Shown here: piece after piece, positions 1-21,164 of the stretch
Position numbering within the stretch: the first letter of the stretch is position 1
How the letters are laid out: every line of letters starts with the position of its first letter
Source: Paraspadella gotoi
Lineage: Eukaryota; Animalia; Chaetognatha
DNA: 64,000 nt
Reading direction: 5' to 3'
Assembly: GCA_051294375.1 (NCBI GenBank)
Contig: CM119266.1
Span: 8,580,606 to 8,644,605, forward strand
Translations under genes and position numbers: made by a program
The notes under the pieces: generated by a model
What the model was told of the DNA's origin: nothing
Databases searched by the model: none
What the model saw: only the letters and a program-made list of their open reading frames with translations

Positions 1-84
1 ATTGTACAAAATAAATTAGTTGTATCGAATTTTTGTAAAAAAAATTATTTCAAAAATGATTTGGTTATATTTATAACTAACCAT

Positions 85-690
85 TAGAGTGATGTGAAAA
101 TGATAAAATTTTAAAAAATTAAAATTTAGCATATAAAACATGAACATAAAAACCAATAAAAATATTTTAATAAATTTATTTTTTAATTTTATACATTAAT
201 GGGCACCAGTGAGCTATATTTATATATAGTAATAAGTATATAATAGGCTAAAATTTCAAAATACAAATTTTTAAATTTTAAGATCGAATTTGGATTCCTT
301 GCAAAAAGTTATAAGAAAGTACAATTCTTTTTTAAAAATTCTTTCATTAAGTTAGTCAAAAATGTAAAAAACTATATTTAAGACGCCAATTTTAAATTTC
401 CAGCTTAAAAATATAGTTTTTTATAATTTTAACCTAATGACATCATTTTTGAAAAAGATTTATACTTTTTTTTATTAACTTTTAACGAGAAATCTGAATC
501 TGTTCTCAGAATTAAAAAAAACTATTTTGAAATTTTGACATTATATAAGGGTAGTACTATATACAAAATAAGCTGACTGGGCTACTATATTTATAAAAAA
601 AGAAAAATAATTAAAGATTAGTATTCACTAATATAATAGTTTTCAAGATATAACTGCTAAATTTTGATTCCAAACTTTCACTTCACCCTA
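85..690. mobile_element. Long degenerate palindrome (foldback/MITE-like)
   Basis: Arms ~85-385 and ~405-690 align as reverse complements (aaaaactatattt / aatatagttttt at the centre; ccagtgagct..aaaatttcaaaata vs tattttgaaatttt..agctgactgg further out). Confidence 0.6.
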
Positions 691-1283
691 CTAACCATGC
701 CGGACACGGCGGACAAAAAATCAAATATGGTAGCTTCCTGATATGATAAATTATTCAATGCAGTGGAAATGGCCGTGCTTCTGCGTGCTTCCATATAGAC
801 TTTAGGCTAGTATTTGAAAACTTATATACAGTAATATACTGTTCAAACAATTTATAATTCAGTCCATGCAAACTATCCAGTTATTGACAGCTAGTAAAAA
901 AAAAGTTTGTCGTTAAAATATCTACAAATAACAAAACAAAATGAGCTCCAAAAAAAGAAAAGCCTTATATCTCCGATATGAATAATTTTTATAACCTGAT
1001 ATCATAAGACAGTGTTCTTCTGATACACCTGGATGGATTAAACAAAAAATTATTAACAAATGATGTAACACCCTTTTTCCGAGTAAAAAAATATTTCGAT
1101 GACTTGAGTGCCCCTATTCTATTCCCAATCCTTTAACTTAATTTTAACTCAAATATTTAACCTTAATCATAATATTTTATAAAATACTTGGCCTAATCCT
1201 AAAGCTTAACCAAAAGTAATAACTTTGATCTAATTCCAGATCAAAATCTCTTAACCTTATCTCCTAGATATCCATTCTATTGA

Positions 1284-1515
1284 AGAGACAGTTATTATTA
1301 TTATGTGTTAGTGACAAAACCGTTCAATATAAGCAGTCCCTGAGCTTCGGATCAGGCTGTAACACCATGTTACAGGCGGGTTAAGCACCCCGTCCCTCTT
1401 AACTGCTAGGCGACCACCGAGCTAGAACCCCGGACCTTTGGGTTGGGAGGCGAATCACTTGCCTCCGGCACCAATGGCCGCTGATGAACGGTTAGTGGAT
1501 TTTAGTCCACCATAC
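1284..1515 (-). mobile_element. tRNA-headed SINE-like repeat, copy 1
   Basis: Reverse-complement match to 29062-29291. Minus strand has GCGGCCA..TGGTCGC acceptor-like stem, CTCCCAA anticodon-like loop (Gly-like) and B-box-like GGTTCTAGCTC. Confidence 0.75.
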
Positions 1516-2121
1516 AATATTGATTTCATATAATTTGTAAGAGATTCCTTGTAGCGTTTTTCTGTTTCAGATGAGAACATTGTTTGAGCAGTGCTTAATC
1601 TCGACTTAATATGAACTCAATCCAGATACCAAAAGATAAAAGTAGATTAGAAACTTTATTAAGTATTCAATATCAAATAATCATTGAGAGACGAGCAGCA
1701 GCATGATAATGATAAGTGGCAGAGCCAAGATGCAGCAGCTCAAAGTTACATAAAAACTTAAAATTAATTAACATATTCAAATAATTTTATAAACATCATT
1801 TAATACCTGATGGTCTCAGAAGAATCTACCNNNNNNNNNNGTGAAGCAATGGCCTTGCATTCACTCTTTCCGACTATAAAATACAATCAAAACATCTACT
1901 AGTTATCATTAACCAATGAGAGACCAGGTATTCAAATTCAAAGTATAAAATTCAACCAATAAGAGGCTTGAAACAGAATTATTGGGGTCACTAAATAAAA
2001 CCTTAAATTCAGATATTTGAGCCTTCAAAAAATAGAAGGTCAGGGCTCAATTCAGATAAAAATTATTATAAACTCTTTAACATAATTGTTCAATGAACAA
2101 AGAACAATGTTCATCCTTCAG

Positions 2122-4809
2122 GAGCGAAATTGACATGTCCCGTTCCAAAACCACAAGGTGAAGAGTGAAGTGTTAAGTGTTAAGAGTGAATTGTGAAGTG
2201 TGAACGAACCGAATCTTGATTAACGAATGACGATAACGAAAAATAGTTCATAGTCGAAATTAAGATGAGATTAACCAATTTACCGCCTGTTTAAGTAATC
2301 AATTCAGAACTGTGAATCTGACTGTATTTTTTTTACCTCATTACTGGGTAGGAACTGGGTAGGTTGCCTGACCTATCATTTTGATGAAACGTTCAACTTT
2401 AACTATCTTTGCTCACACATCTATAAGGAAGAGGGGAGAGATTCTCATTTTTTGTGTTATGAAATTGTGTTATGTGATTCCCGATAGGACAATACTACTT
2501 GCTCGACAGTCCAGAAGGAACGGAACCGACGGTGAGAAACGATCATATGTAACTTCAAATGATTTCATGTCATAATTTACGGATATTAAGCTTTCAGTTT
2601 TTTAAATTCGGTATTGAAGAGGAAACAAAGTTTATATGTTCGCAAATAATGGGTTTTTTATTTAAAAATAACAGACTTCTTTCGACTCGTTATTTTTCGA
2701 GTACAGATGAAAAATAATTAGTCGAAACATGTCCGTTATTTTGAAAAAAAAAAAATAACCATTGTTTGCAAACTTTTTTGTTCTCTTTTAGTTTAATACA
2801 AAAAACGCATCGAAAAAGAAAGTTAAATCACTTTTAAATTTGTTGATAAATGTATAACCATAGTAATGAACGAGCCGATGGAGTTAACGATACTACTGCT
2901 GAGGGAACGAGTTTGTGGCCGCAAACTCTAATGCGAGTTGATTTTCCAGATGAGTTGCGACGCATCGAATCCCTTGGCAAACAAGTTCGGACGTCTAGTG
3001 GCGAAGGTTGAATCCGGAAGCGGAGTGCACATATACAACCAAATCTTGGGTGAATGAATAGGCTTTAATTTTTAGAGTCGTTTTAAAAGGTACTTAACTT
3101 TAAAAATTGCATAATACGGTCTAGATATTTGGACAGAGAGTAAAACAGTAAACGACATAAGAAAGAAAAAAGAGATATATAATACCTTTACTCTGATTTT
3201 TTTTTTAAATTAATTAGCGGCAAGCAGGGGCGAACCGGGATCGGGAATGTCCTATGACCCGAGAGGCAGTTTTATCGACCACGATGCCTTTGCTAACTGG
3301 AAAAAAACATTCGCGAATGGAGGAAAGGTCGTATTTGTTCGCCCTTGTTTTTATTAAGTGCTTAAAAAATATTTTGTTTATTTTATTTTTTTTTTATTAT
3401 TAATAATGCTGACACGGAAAAAAGTTCTAATATAAGCGACTGCTACCTTTTGTTTAAAAAAAAAAAGTTATATAAAAATTAAAAATATTAAATATTAAAA
3501 ATATAAAAATTCAGCTCCTTGTATTTTGATGCTAGTGCGGAGTACAATAAGTATTCCCCGATCTAATACTTAAGGGAGTGGTCTTTTCATACAATTGAAA
3601 CATTCTTTGAATATTATACCACTTCATTGATAGGGAAGCCAGGTACTCTGGGAGTGAATAAACAAGACTGTGTGAGAGTCTTGATTGAAAGCTTGCAGGG
3701 ACCTGCTATGTCATTATCTTGTAAGAGTGATGGAGGCCTTAAACCACCAAAGCCAGTCCAAAGTCAGGGGCAAGATAGCTTATTTATTAAATGAATGGAT
3801 AATTTTTATATTGGTTGTACCAATTTCATAAAGATTAGAAGATAGTATTCCGATGCAGTGCAAGTAACGGTAATGACATAATTACCCGAAAAAAAAAAAA
3901 GTTGAAAGAAAGTTACTGTGGCGCAACACCTTGGAATTCTTGTTCTTTTTGAATCCGAATGAAAAATTTCGATTGACGTGATATAGGTTCGCTTCGCGTT
4001 ATGGAAAAAGGTTGGCTCATTCTACAAACCGGTCGTGGACATCATCTTCGACGGGAACGGGAGCGACGCCATCAACTGGTTCGCCAAGAACAGAGTGTTG
4101 AAGAGGGTCGCGGGACCCCACGTTACTTACCCGCGTCTTCGATTTGATTACTGGAGCATGAGAGGACGCTGGAAGTAATTAATGATTTCCGATCAAGTTT
4201 TCCGGCCATTTCTCTTTAAAACACCTTTATCATTTCCGGCAGTCGAAATTTTTTCATCAACCATTACTCTGTGAATTGCGATTCAAGCACCGGAATGTTG
4301 TATGTACTTCAGAGGTGAGCTATATGCCGGAACAGGTTGAAAACTGGAAGTTCTCTCAAATAGATAATGGTCAAGTGACTGTTAGAGAATATGAAAATAA
4401 TTTTTAAAATGTGTCTTATTGATAAGGGCACGGAAGAATTTAAACTTTATTTTATTACTATATAGAATTTAACATTTTTTTAAATTTTTTTAATTTTTTT
4501 TTTAATAGATTTTGATAGAGCTTTAAAAGTTAGATAAAGGTTATTATTACAACTTTTTAAAATTTTTCCGTTTTATTGATTAAAATTTTAAAAGACCATA
4601 AAATTCAGCCAATGATGATGATGATGATAACTAATTCAAAAATGTTTATTGCTCTTTCACCCTTCAGGCCGGATCCCTGCGGTTATCAATTCGGAGCAAG
4701 AAAATTCCCATTTTTCGGATATTCGAAGACATACTGGATATGCGGCTGGAGATTCAACCCTAGGTGCCGTGGTGTAGCTCAACGACTCACCATATCCATT
4801 CTACCTTGA
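2122..4809 (+). CDS. Multi-exon gene (5' end not found) encoding a divergent fibrinogen-related-like / unnamed invertebrate extracellular domain
   Basis: Phase-compatible GT-AG exons 2122-2157, 2488-2531, 2950-3049, 3218-3327, 3987-4174, 4243-4314, 4668-4809 give ..GQYYLLDSPEGTEPTMSCD..GRLVAKVESGSG..IIFDGNGSDAINWF..RNFFINHYSVNCDSSTG..FPFFGYSK..AQRLTISILP*. Family assignment is from memory only. Confidence 0.75.
2622..2790. mobile_element. Palindromic insertion with Penelope-type minimal hammerhead remnant
   Basis: Inverted arms (aaaataacagacttctttcgact / agtcgaaacatgtccgttatttt). Core cAGATGA..GAAA-CATG-TC at 2704-2733. Shares GAAACATGTCCGTT with the copy at ~48143. Confidence 0.5.
3715..3832 (+). 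repeat. Dispersed intronic repeat, copy 1
   Basis: ~115 bp near-identical to 47046-47162; last ~27 bp also occur inverted at 38308-38335. Confidence 0.85.
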
Positions 4810-4883
4810 AGAGAGAGATACGGATACGGCCCTGGGCACGCTTTCTGCGGACTAAATGACCTTTTAGTAAAAAGCTTCGTTAA

Positions 4884-5201
4884 TTAAAAGCAAACGAAAA
4901 ACATTATTATGAGGGACTTTTTCTTCATCATAGCAGAACGTGAGAGGAGATTTGTGGGATTGTGACTTTTCTTCTTCAGTTTCTTTAAGGATGGCCGGAA
5001 ATAGAGGGTTGTTTTGATTCTTCTTTTTGCTTTAGAGATAAGTTTGCATTTTAGCTCACTTTCGTTTGCTGCATCATAGACTAATGCAGATGATGTATGC
5101 GGAGGAAGATTCATAGAGGAAGTTCGTAGAGCACGCAGATGGATTTTTTCAATTTTAGACCATTGGTAGTCAGACATCGTCAGCCAAACATCGTCAGCCA
5201 A
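4884..5201 (-). mobile_element. Degenerate 3' fragment of a non-LTR retrotransposon (Jockey/CR1-like region C-terminal to RT)
   Basis: Peptide VWLTMSDYQWSKIEKIHLRALRTSSMNLPPHTSS resembles the post-RT motif 'VW..S...KLE.IQ..ALR....P.HT' of LINE ORF2. Confidence 0.5.
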
Positions 5202-5921
5202 ACAACACTTGAATAGTCGAAAATTTTTCTTTCCAATTTTTCTGGTGAATCTATTTCTTTATTATTTCAAACATGACTTGAATTTTGCTCAGATTTGTAT
5301 CTAATATTTAAAATCATAGCTCCAAATATCACGGTTTATTTCCAAATTCAAAAGAGAAAAATGAAAAAGATTAGGAAAGCAAAAAAAAATTAGAACCGGC
5401 TAGTTCAAGGTGCTGCGTCGCAGTGACTTACTTATGCATTTTCAGATAATCACGATATTTTACTAGTATATTTAAGTATATCATAGCCCAGCTAGCATGA
5501 AAATTTGCAAATTACTTGTTTCACTATTTTATATTTTTCTATTTTAATATTTTAATATTTTTATGAAGGATTTAGTATTTAATCTATATTATTTAATCAA
5601 ACATATATTGCTTTCTTTTTTAAAAATGTTTTATTTATCTAATAATTCAATTTGGGAAGGGGAAGTCAGTGTTGTCTTCTGGAAATAGAGGGAGCATCTT
5701 TACAACACAAGGTTAGATTACTATCTGTCCTAGTTTTCTAATAGATATTATAATTAACTGCCTATTTTTAAAATATGGGTTACACTCTTTGCTGACGTTA
5801 ACACATTTTTACATCACTACCTAACTATTAGATAGATAGATAGATAGATAGACAGAAAGATAGATAAGATAGATCTAGATTCGTCCAGCAATGACCGGCG
5901 GCGTTTTGTAAACATTGAAAT

Positions 5922-6292
5922 CTTGATAGAATGCCTTGCCACACATTTTATTATTTTCTGCCACTTGATAGAATGCTACCTGGCATTTTATTTATTTGCC
6001 ACTATATAGAATGCCACCTCATATATTATCTACGATACGATAGAATGCTATCTTACATTTTATTTATTTGCCACACAATAGAATATTGTTTCACATTTTA
6101 TTTATCTGCCATTCGATAAAATGCCAGTTCACATTCTTTTTATCAGGATCTTGATAAAATGCTATCTCACATTTCATTTATTTGCCACAGGATAGAATGC
6201 CATCTCACATTTTATCTGCCACTCGATAGAACACCACCATAAATTTTATTTATTTGCCACTCGATAGAATGCCATCTCACATTTTATTTATC
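5922..6292. repeat. Minisatellite, ~40-bp unit (gatagaatgccayctcacattttatttatttgccac), ~9 copies
   Basis: Direct inspection of the tandem units. Confidence 0.9.
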
Positions 6293-7115
6293 CAGTGGCA
6301 ACGGCCACTAGATGCCGCTCTTGACCCTATTCGACCGCTACCAGAGATTAACGATAACAAAATTTAAAAAATGGCGCCTGGCCTTCACTTTATCTCGCCA
6401 AGACGGGCTTTACCCGTCAGGCGAGATAAAAAGCGTGACGCCGACGACAATGACGACGACGAAGTCACAAAGAAACCTGGCCTTCGATTTATCTCAGCAA
6501 GACGGGCTTTACCCGTAAAAATAGAATAAAGCTTAAAACAGAATAAATAAATAATAATGTTGAAAAGAAAAAGAGCGAATGGACATAGGAGCAAAGAAAA
6601 AAAATAACGAAAAGTCAAAGAAGACAAAAGTAAGTGATTAAAAAGGTAAAAATTGTAAAAATTGTAAAAGGCCGTGATCGAGATTCGAATTCCTCGTCCC
6701 TATTTGTTTTTTTCTTACTTTTCTCCTTCTTCGTCGAAAAGAAGAGAATCTGAATCTAAGCCTCATTTTTCTCACGAATTGAGGCGAACGAGAAGCTGAA
6801 AAAGCAAAAAAAAAACCCAAAAAAAATCAGATTATCGAACTTTCATCAACTGACTGAGTTGATTCATCGCTCCCCAGTAGTAAATTCTAACGGAAATCTA
6901 AAAGGATTTTGAGATCTCCTATTTAAAGAATTCTCGGTTTTGTTTTTGACCTCTTGAACTAAATTTTCACACTCATCCCTTCCTTCGAAATAAATCCTGG
7001 TTAATAAATCCTAAATCTCGCTCCCTTTCACAAAATAAATTCTCATTTATATGCCACTTTTCGAATTAAATCCTCAGTGCTGTCACCCGCTGGTGTTCCT
7101 TCTCAAAATAAATCC

Positions 7116-16473
<9,358 letters not shown>

Positions 16474-17070
16474 GACAACAACAACGACGACGATTTACCG
16501 ACTATTATAATCTACGTCCGATAACAGACCACACAGGTAACGTGACAATTTTTTCGTTTCGTTTTCATTTTCCCATAATATTTTTCTTATTTAGTTCCTT
16601 CATAGTCACCTAATATATCAAGTAATAGATCTATTTATTTTATTTTTTTTTTTTTTTTTAGAAAAACCTTAAACTTTTTCAAATCAAGCAAAAACTTTTG
16701 TAATTGGTTTTTCGTGCGCACAAACAAGTGCGCATTTTTTTTAAAATTGTGCCCGGATAAAAATTCGCTTTATTCGCGGTCAGCGCACGCCAAAAGCTTG
16801 CACGAAACGACTTCGCACGCAACAAATCTTGCAAGAAATTCTCGTGTTAGAACAAATTTGTTGCCATGGCGATCGGATCATTTGTTCATTTTTAAAGTTG
16901 TTTTTGAAGATAATCTGCGGCCCTAGCGAGAAATTGACAAAACTGCTAAGATGAACCGAAAACAAAAGACATTAGTATATCTGTTTATTCAGCAAGAAGA
17001 TAAAATTAAAGTGTCCAATTGCTAATTCATTTAGCTAACTAAGTTTACGAAGTTAACAGTTACATTAATT

Positions 17071-17109
<39 letters not shown>

Positions 17110-17750
17110 AAATTTCTATTTGATAGTAAAAGATAAAACATTCTTTTTAAAAAAATTCAACATTTTGGGGCAAATGATTGTAATTGAATAAAAAAAAATA
17201 AAACAAGTACAATATTCTGAATACAAACCCACAATGCTAATATCACATGACGAAACCGTGTACTGGTGCAATTACGCAATTAAAAAAATGAAATCATTAA
17301 ATTGTAAGATTTTATGATAATTAAATAAATTCTTCGGTGTTAAGATTCGAAATCGATGGTCGATCTTCATTTCTTAGTCAAAGTTTTCGTAATCGCAATT
17401 TCGATTTGCAAATTGCAAATACGAGCCTCCGTTTTATTTGCAAAGGTCCATGAGTTTATTGATAAAGTCTGTGGAATTAAGAAAAAATTTTGTATCAGTG
17501 AAAATTATTCAAAATATTTTCAAATACGGATAGGTTCACAACAGAGACGCTTTGTAAGACATTAACATGGACAATTGGACAATTGGACATATACGTAGCT
17601 CATAGGACTGACAATAAAGCACAGGTGTTGTGAATATGAGAAACTCTTAAGACTTTTTTCAAAGTCCAGAGTACATTTACAGAACAATACTAAAAAAAAA
17701 CATATATTGACTTACATCGTTTATTTTGTCTGACATAACAGACTTTTATT

Positions 17751-19146
17751 TTAAGCTTTGAATGCCAGGAGTTTATCAATGAATTCTTTTGTTGGAAAAA
17801 GGAGAGAAACGAAAATATTATTGTTAAAAATATTGGATTCATTTCAATATGCATAGACTAAAACTTTTTTATTTGAGACTTGATATTAAAAAAGAAAGTT
17901 GAACTTACCCATGTATTTGATGAGGCCGTCGTCGTCTTCCTGGATTCCCAGAAGTTCCAACAAATTGTTGGCGTCTTTTTCCTCCATCTTTTCAGCTGTA
18001 CAATAAAAAATAATTGTAAAAAATTAGTATAAAACTAATGGAAAAGTTTAAATATGAGTAAGATTTAACCAATATGTCATAGTACTTGCCGGACATAATT
18101 ATGGACTACAAAGTACAATTTCAAGTTACAATGACATTGTTAATGTTATGGTTAATTTTATTCTTAGCTTGCGCCCCAATACAAAAAAAAAACGCAAAAT
18201 GAAGAGCAGAAAAGTAAGAAAGCTGGCGATTTATTATTATAGTTTCATTGTGGGCTGTTTGGCTAAAAAATCAAATAACTTCCTTTCTAATTACGTCATT
18301 TTCAAATGATGAGAAGACTAAAAAAAAAGTCCTTAAAATGTGAGCAATCTTGTGACTCATCATCAACTTACCCAAGGAGCAAAGAACTTGCTTGACCTCG
18401 GCGGCGTTGACCTTCCCGCTTCCGTCCTTGTCAAAGACTTTGAGGCCTTCGATGTAGTCCTCTTTGCATCCAGTGTCGGCGGTGATGCCCTTCGCCTTTT
18501 TCAGGATCGGGTCGAAGTCGGAGAACTTGATCCTCTTTTGACCTGAGTGTAATGTATGTATTATTATAAGGCTATTATCTTTTATAGTTGGAAATACTAA
18601 TTTCCGCGCTGATAAATCTAACTTAAAAACGATCATATTAATGTTAAAATGTTACTAATTTTTATTAATCATAATCAAAATTTAAAAAGATATATTATTT
18701 AAAATTTTCATTCTCTTCTTTGGTTAGTATTTATAGTCATAAAAATTTGCAAAATTACTTGTTTCACTATTTTCTATTTTTATATTTTATAAAGGTTTTA
18801 CTATTTATCTTTATATCGCTTTTTTTAAAATAATTAAATCTTTATCATAAGTTTTTCCTCAACCAATTCTCTCCTTAGCAACCGCTAAACATCTCCCCAA
18901 GCTCTCCTCATCCAAGCAAGCCATCCTTACCAAGCTGTCCTCAACCAAGCATGTTATCCTTACCAAGCTCTCCTCAACCAAGGAAGCCATCCTTACCAAG
19001 CTCCTCGGCGCCTCCGAGATCCTTGACGGACTTGTTGGTGAGGGTGCAGCCCAAGGCCCTCAAGATGTCGCCCAAGTAAAAGGCGTCGACGTCGTTGCCT
19101 TCGTAGGCTTCGTCGAAGATGACGAACGCGTCCTTGGCCTCGGACT
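17751..19146 (-). CDS. Myosin essential (alkali) light chain, copy A; first exon probably near 19550
   Basis: Exons give SEAKDAFVIFDEAYEGNDVDAFYLGDILRALG..GQKRIKFSDFDPIL..DYIEGLKVFDKDGSGKV..AEKMEEKDANNLLELLGIQEDDDGLIKYMEFIDKLLAFKA*. The DAFYLGD motif and EF-hand pattern match invertebrate ELC. Confidence 0.9.
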
Positions 19147-20609
19147 GATAGTGATAAAAAAAGAATAATTTTGTGATATGAGTCATTAAATGCTAGAAAC
19201 GTGATAGACGTTATTGTTGATTCGTTGAAATGTGTTATTTGTTAATAAAATGTGTTCGTTAATGTTAAAGAAAAAATGTAAAAAAAATCTGGCAAAAGTC
19301 AAAGATATATTATTATTATATTATTTCATTAGATAGTGATAGGCAGATTGGAACAGGTACGTCAATGTTTTGTTTTATTCACAGAAAATGTATATTATTA
19401 TTATTATTATTAATCCAGTGGAAGGTGTCAGGTTAGAAACCTCTTTAATGTTATAAGCTAATATTTTTACCAAAATTGATCATTTTGAAGGATTAATAAC
19501 CTATAAACATTATAAACTATAAAATTCTTAGTCTTTTATTTGTGAGACTCACATGACTGTAGATTCCTGTGAAGATCAACCGTAGAAGAATCACTTAAAT
19601 CCTTAAACGAGAAAGAAATGAACGAATTTTCGAGCCGGAAAAACTTTTTATATTCGGTGATGGAGTGAGAGAGTAAGAAGCGGTTCACTTGAAGTATGAA
19701 ATTGTCTTTTTTTTAATAAATAGTTTTAATTAATAATTTTATATTTTAAGTTTAAAATGCGTATATATAATTGAATCATATTAATATTAATTAGTCAATC
19801 AGATAAAAAGATAAAAAGAGCAAAAGAGTTAACTATTTTTTTTATCAGATTTAGTTATTGGTTGATTCTGAAAATTTATTTTAAAAAAAAGATAATTTTA
19901 TAGATTTTTTAAAAAAGTAAAATAAATCTTTGATTAACTTTGAGGCTAAAACTAAAAACTACAAAATTAAAAAATTGATTTATTTTATTTTAATCTAACC
20001 TTTAAAAATATCAAATTTAAAAACTTTTTATTTAAAAATTGTCGACACAATGGCTTCGGCCAGCTGGCGACTTTTTTCCAATACCCTTTTAAATAAATGG
20101 CGAAAACCGCGATAATCATTGGATTCAACTCACTCAAATCCGATTCACGTCACCTTCTTTCGTTTTACTTGACGTTACATTCGCCATAGAAAATGAGAAC
20201 CGCGTGCTGAAGGAGCGGATTCGCGATTTCGGTGTAAAGGATGAAATCTTAATGAATTCCATCTGGAAAATGGAAAATATTTTTTTTCTTTTTCTTTTTT
20301 TGAATTACAGACTCGAATCGTTGGTGTAATTTGTAAGTGTAAACCTTAAGAGGTGAAATTATAGGTGATAAACCGCCGACTGTATAATGTATATATATGT
20401 GAAACTGTAAATTAACTCTAATTTAACCGAATCTCCTATGGCTATGAAATTGGTATAAAACCAATATGAGATGACTCTTTCACCTGACTATATGACTAAT
20501 GACTATGATTAGGCCCTTGTTGTCGCCCTCTCACTCTCTCTTTCGCTGCCTCTCCCTCTTCTCTCTCTTTCTCTCTCTCTCTCTCTCTTTCGCTGCCTCT
20601 TTTTCTTCT

Positions 20610-20682
<73 letters not shown>

Positions 20683-21164
20683 CGACTTAGTTATTTTTCA
20701 AATGCATTCAATATAGTCATAGCCAAAGGGCGACTTTTGTATCCATAACTTCCGGCAAATAGAGGCGCTCATAGGTGAATGTATATTCGTTGTCGGCGGA
20801 TAGGCTTTTCTTCAAACGTTACCAAGATATCAATCTTGCGTTAAAATTCGTTGTAAAGTGACAAAGTCTTAGAAGGTTGAAATGATATAATTTTTATATA
20901 ATTTACTGCTTTAAACACTTTTTGTCTCACATATATTATGACTCCAAATAAGCCTTAACTGTTTCATTAATTAAAAAAACTTGAATACAACATATTTTTA
21001 TTTATAATCTGAGATGACATTCCATGGCTGACACAATGTACGGCGCAAACAAACTTTTTTTTTTCGATCGGATAGAAAAATTTCGAATGAGAAGATTTTG
21101 GTCAATTATTGTTTGAATAACCATTTTTGTTAGTCACGTGTTCAGACAGTTCACTTTCCATGCA

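Noticed and set aside
1409-1481. Functional tRNA-Gly gene
   Set aside because: T-loop register is shifted, the anticodon stem pairs poorly, and flanks are shared between copies, so it is a repeat head.
1481-1515. CTGATGA as a hammerhead core in the SINE copy
   Set aside because: No GAAA after the following stem.
5922-6292. CRISPR-like array
   Set aside because: Eukaryotic context; whole units are repeated with no unique spacers. The same applies to 15610-16050 and 25428-25960.
6377-6516. ORF 6312-6518 with repeated peptide LAFxLSxQDGLYP (neuropeptide-like)
   Set aside because: The two 40-bp copies differ only at non-synonymous sites; no signal peptide or cleavage sites.
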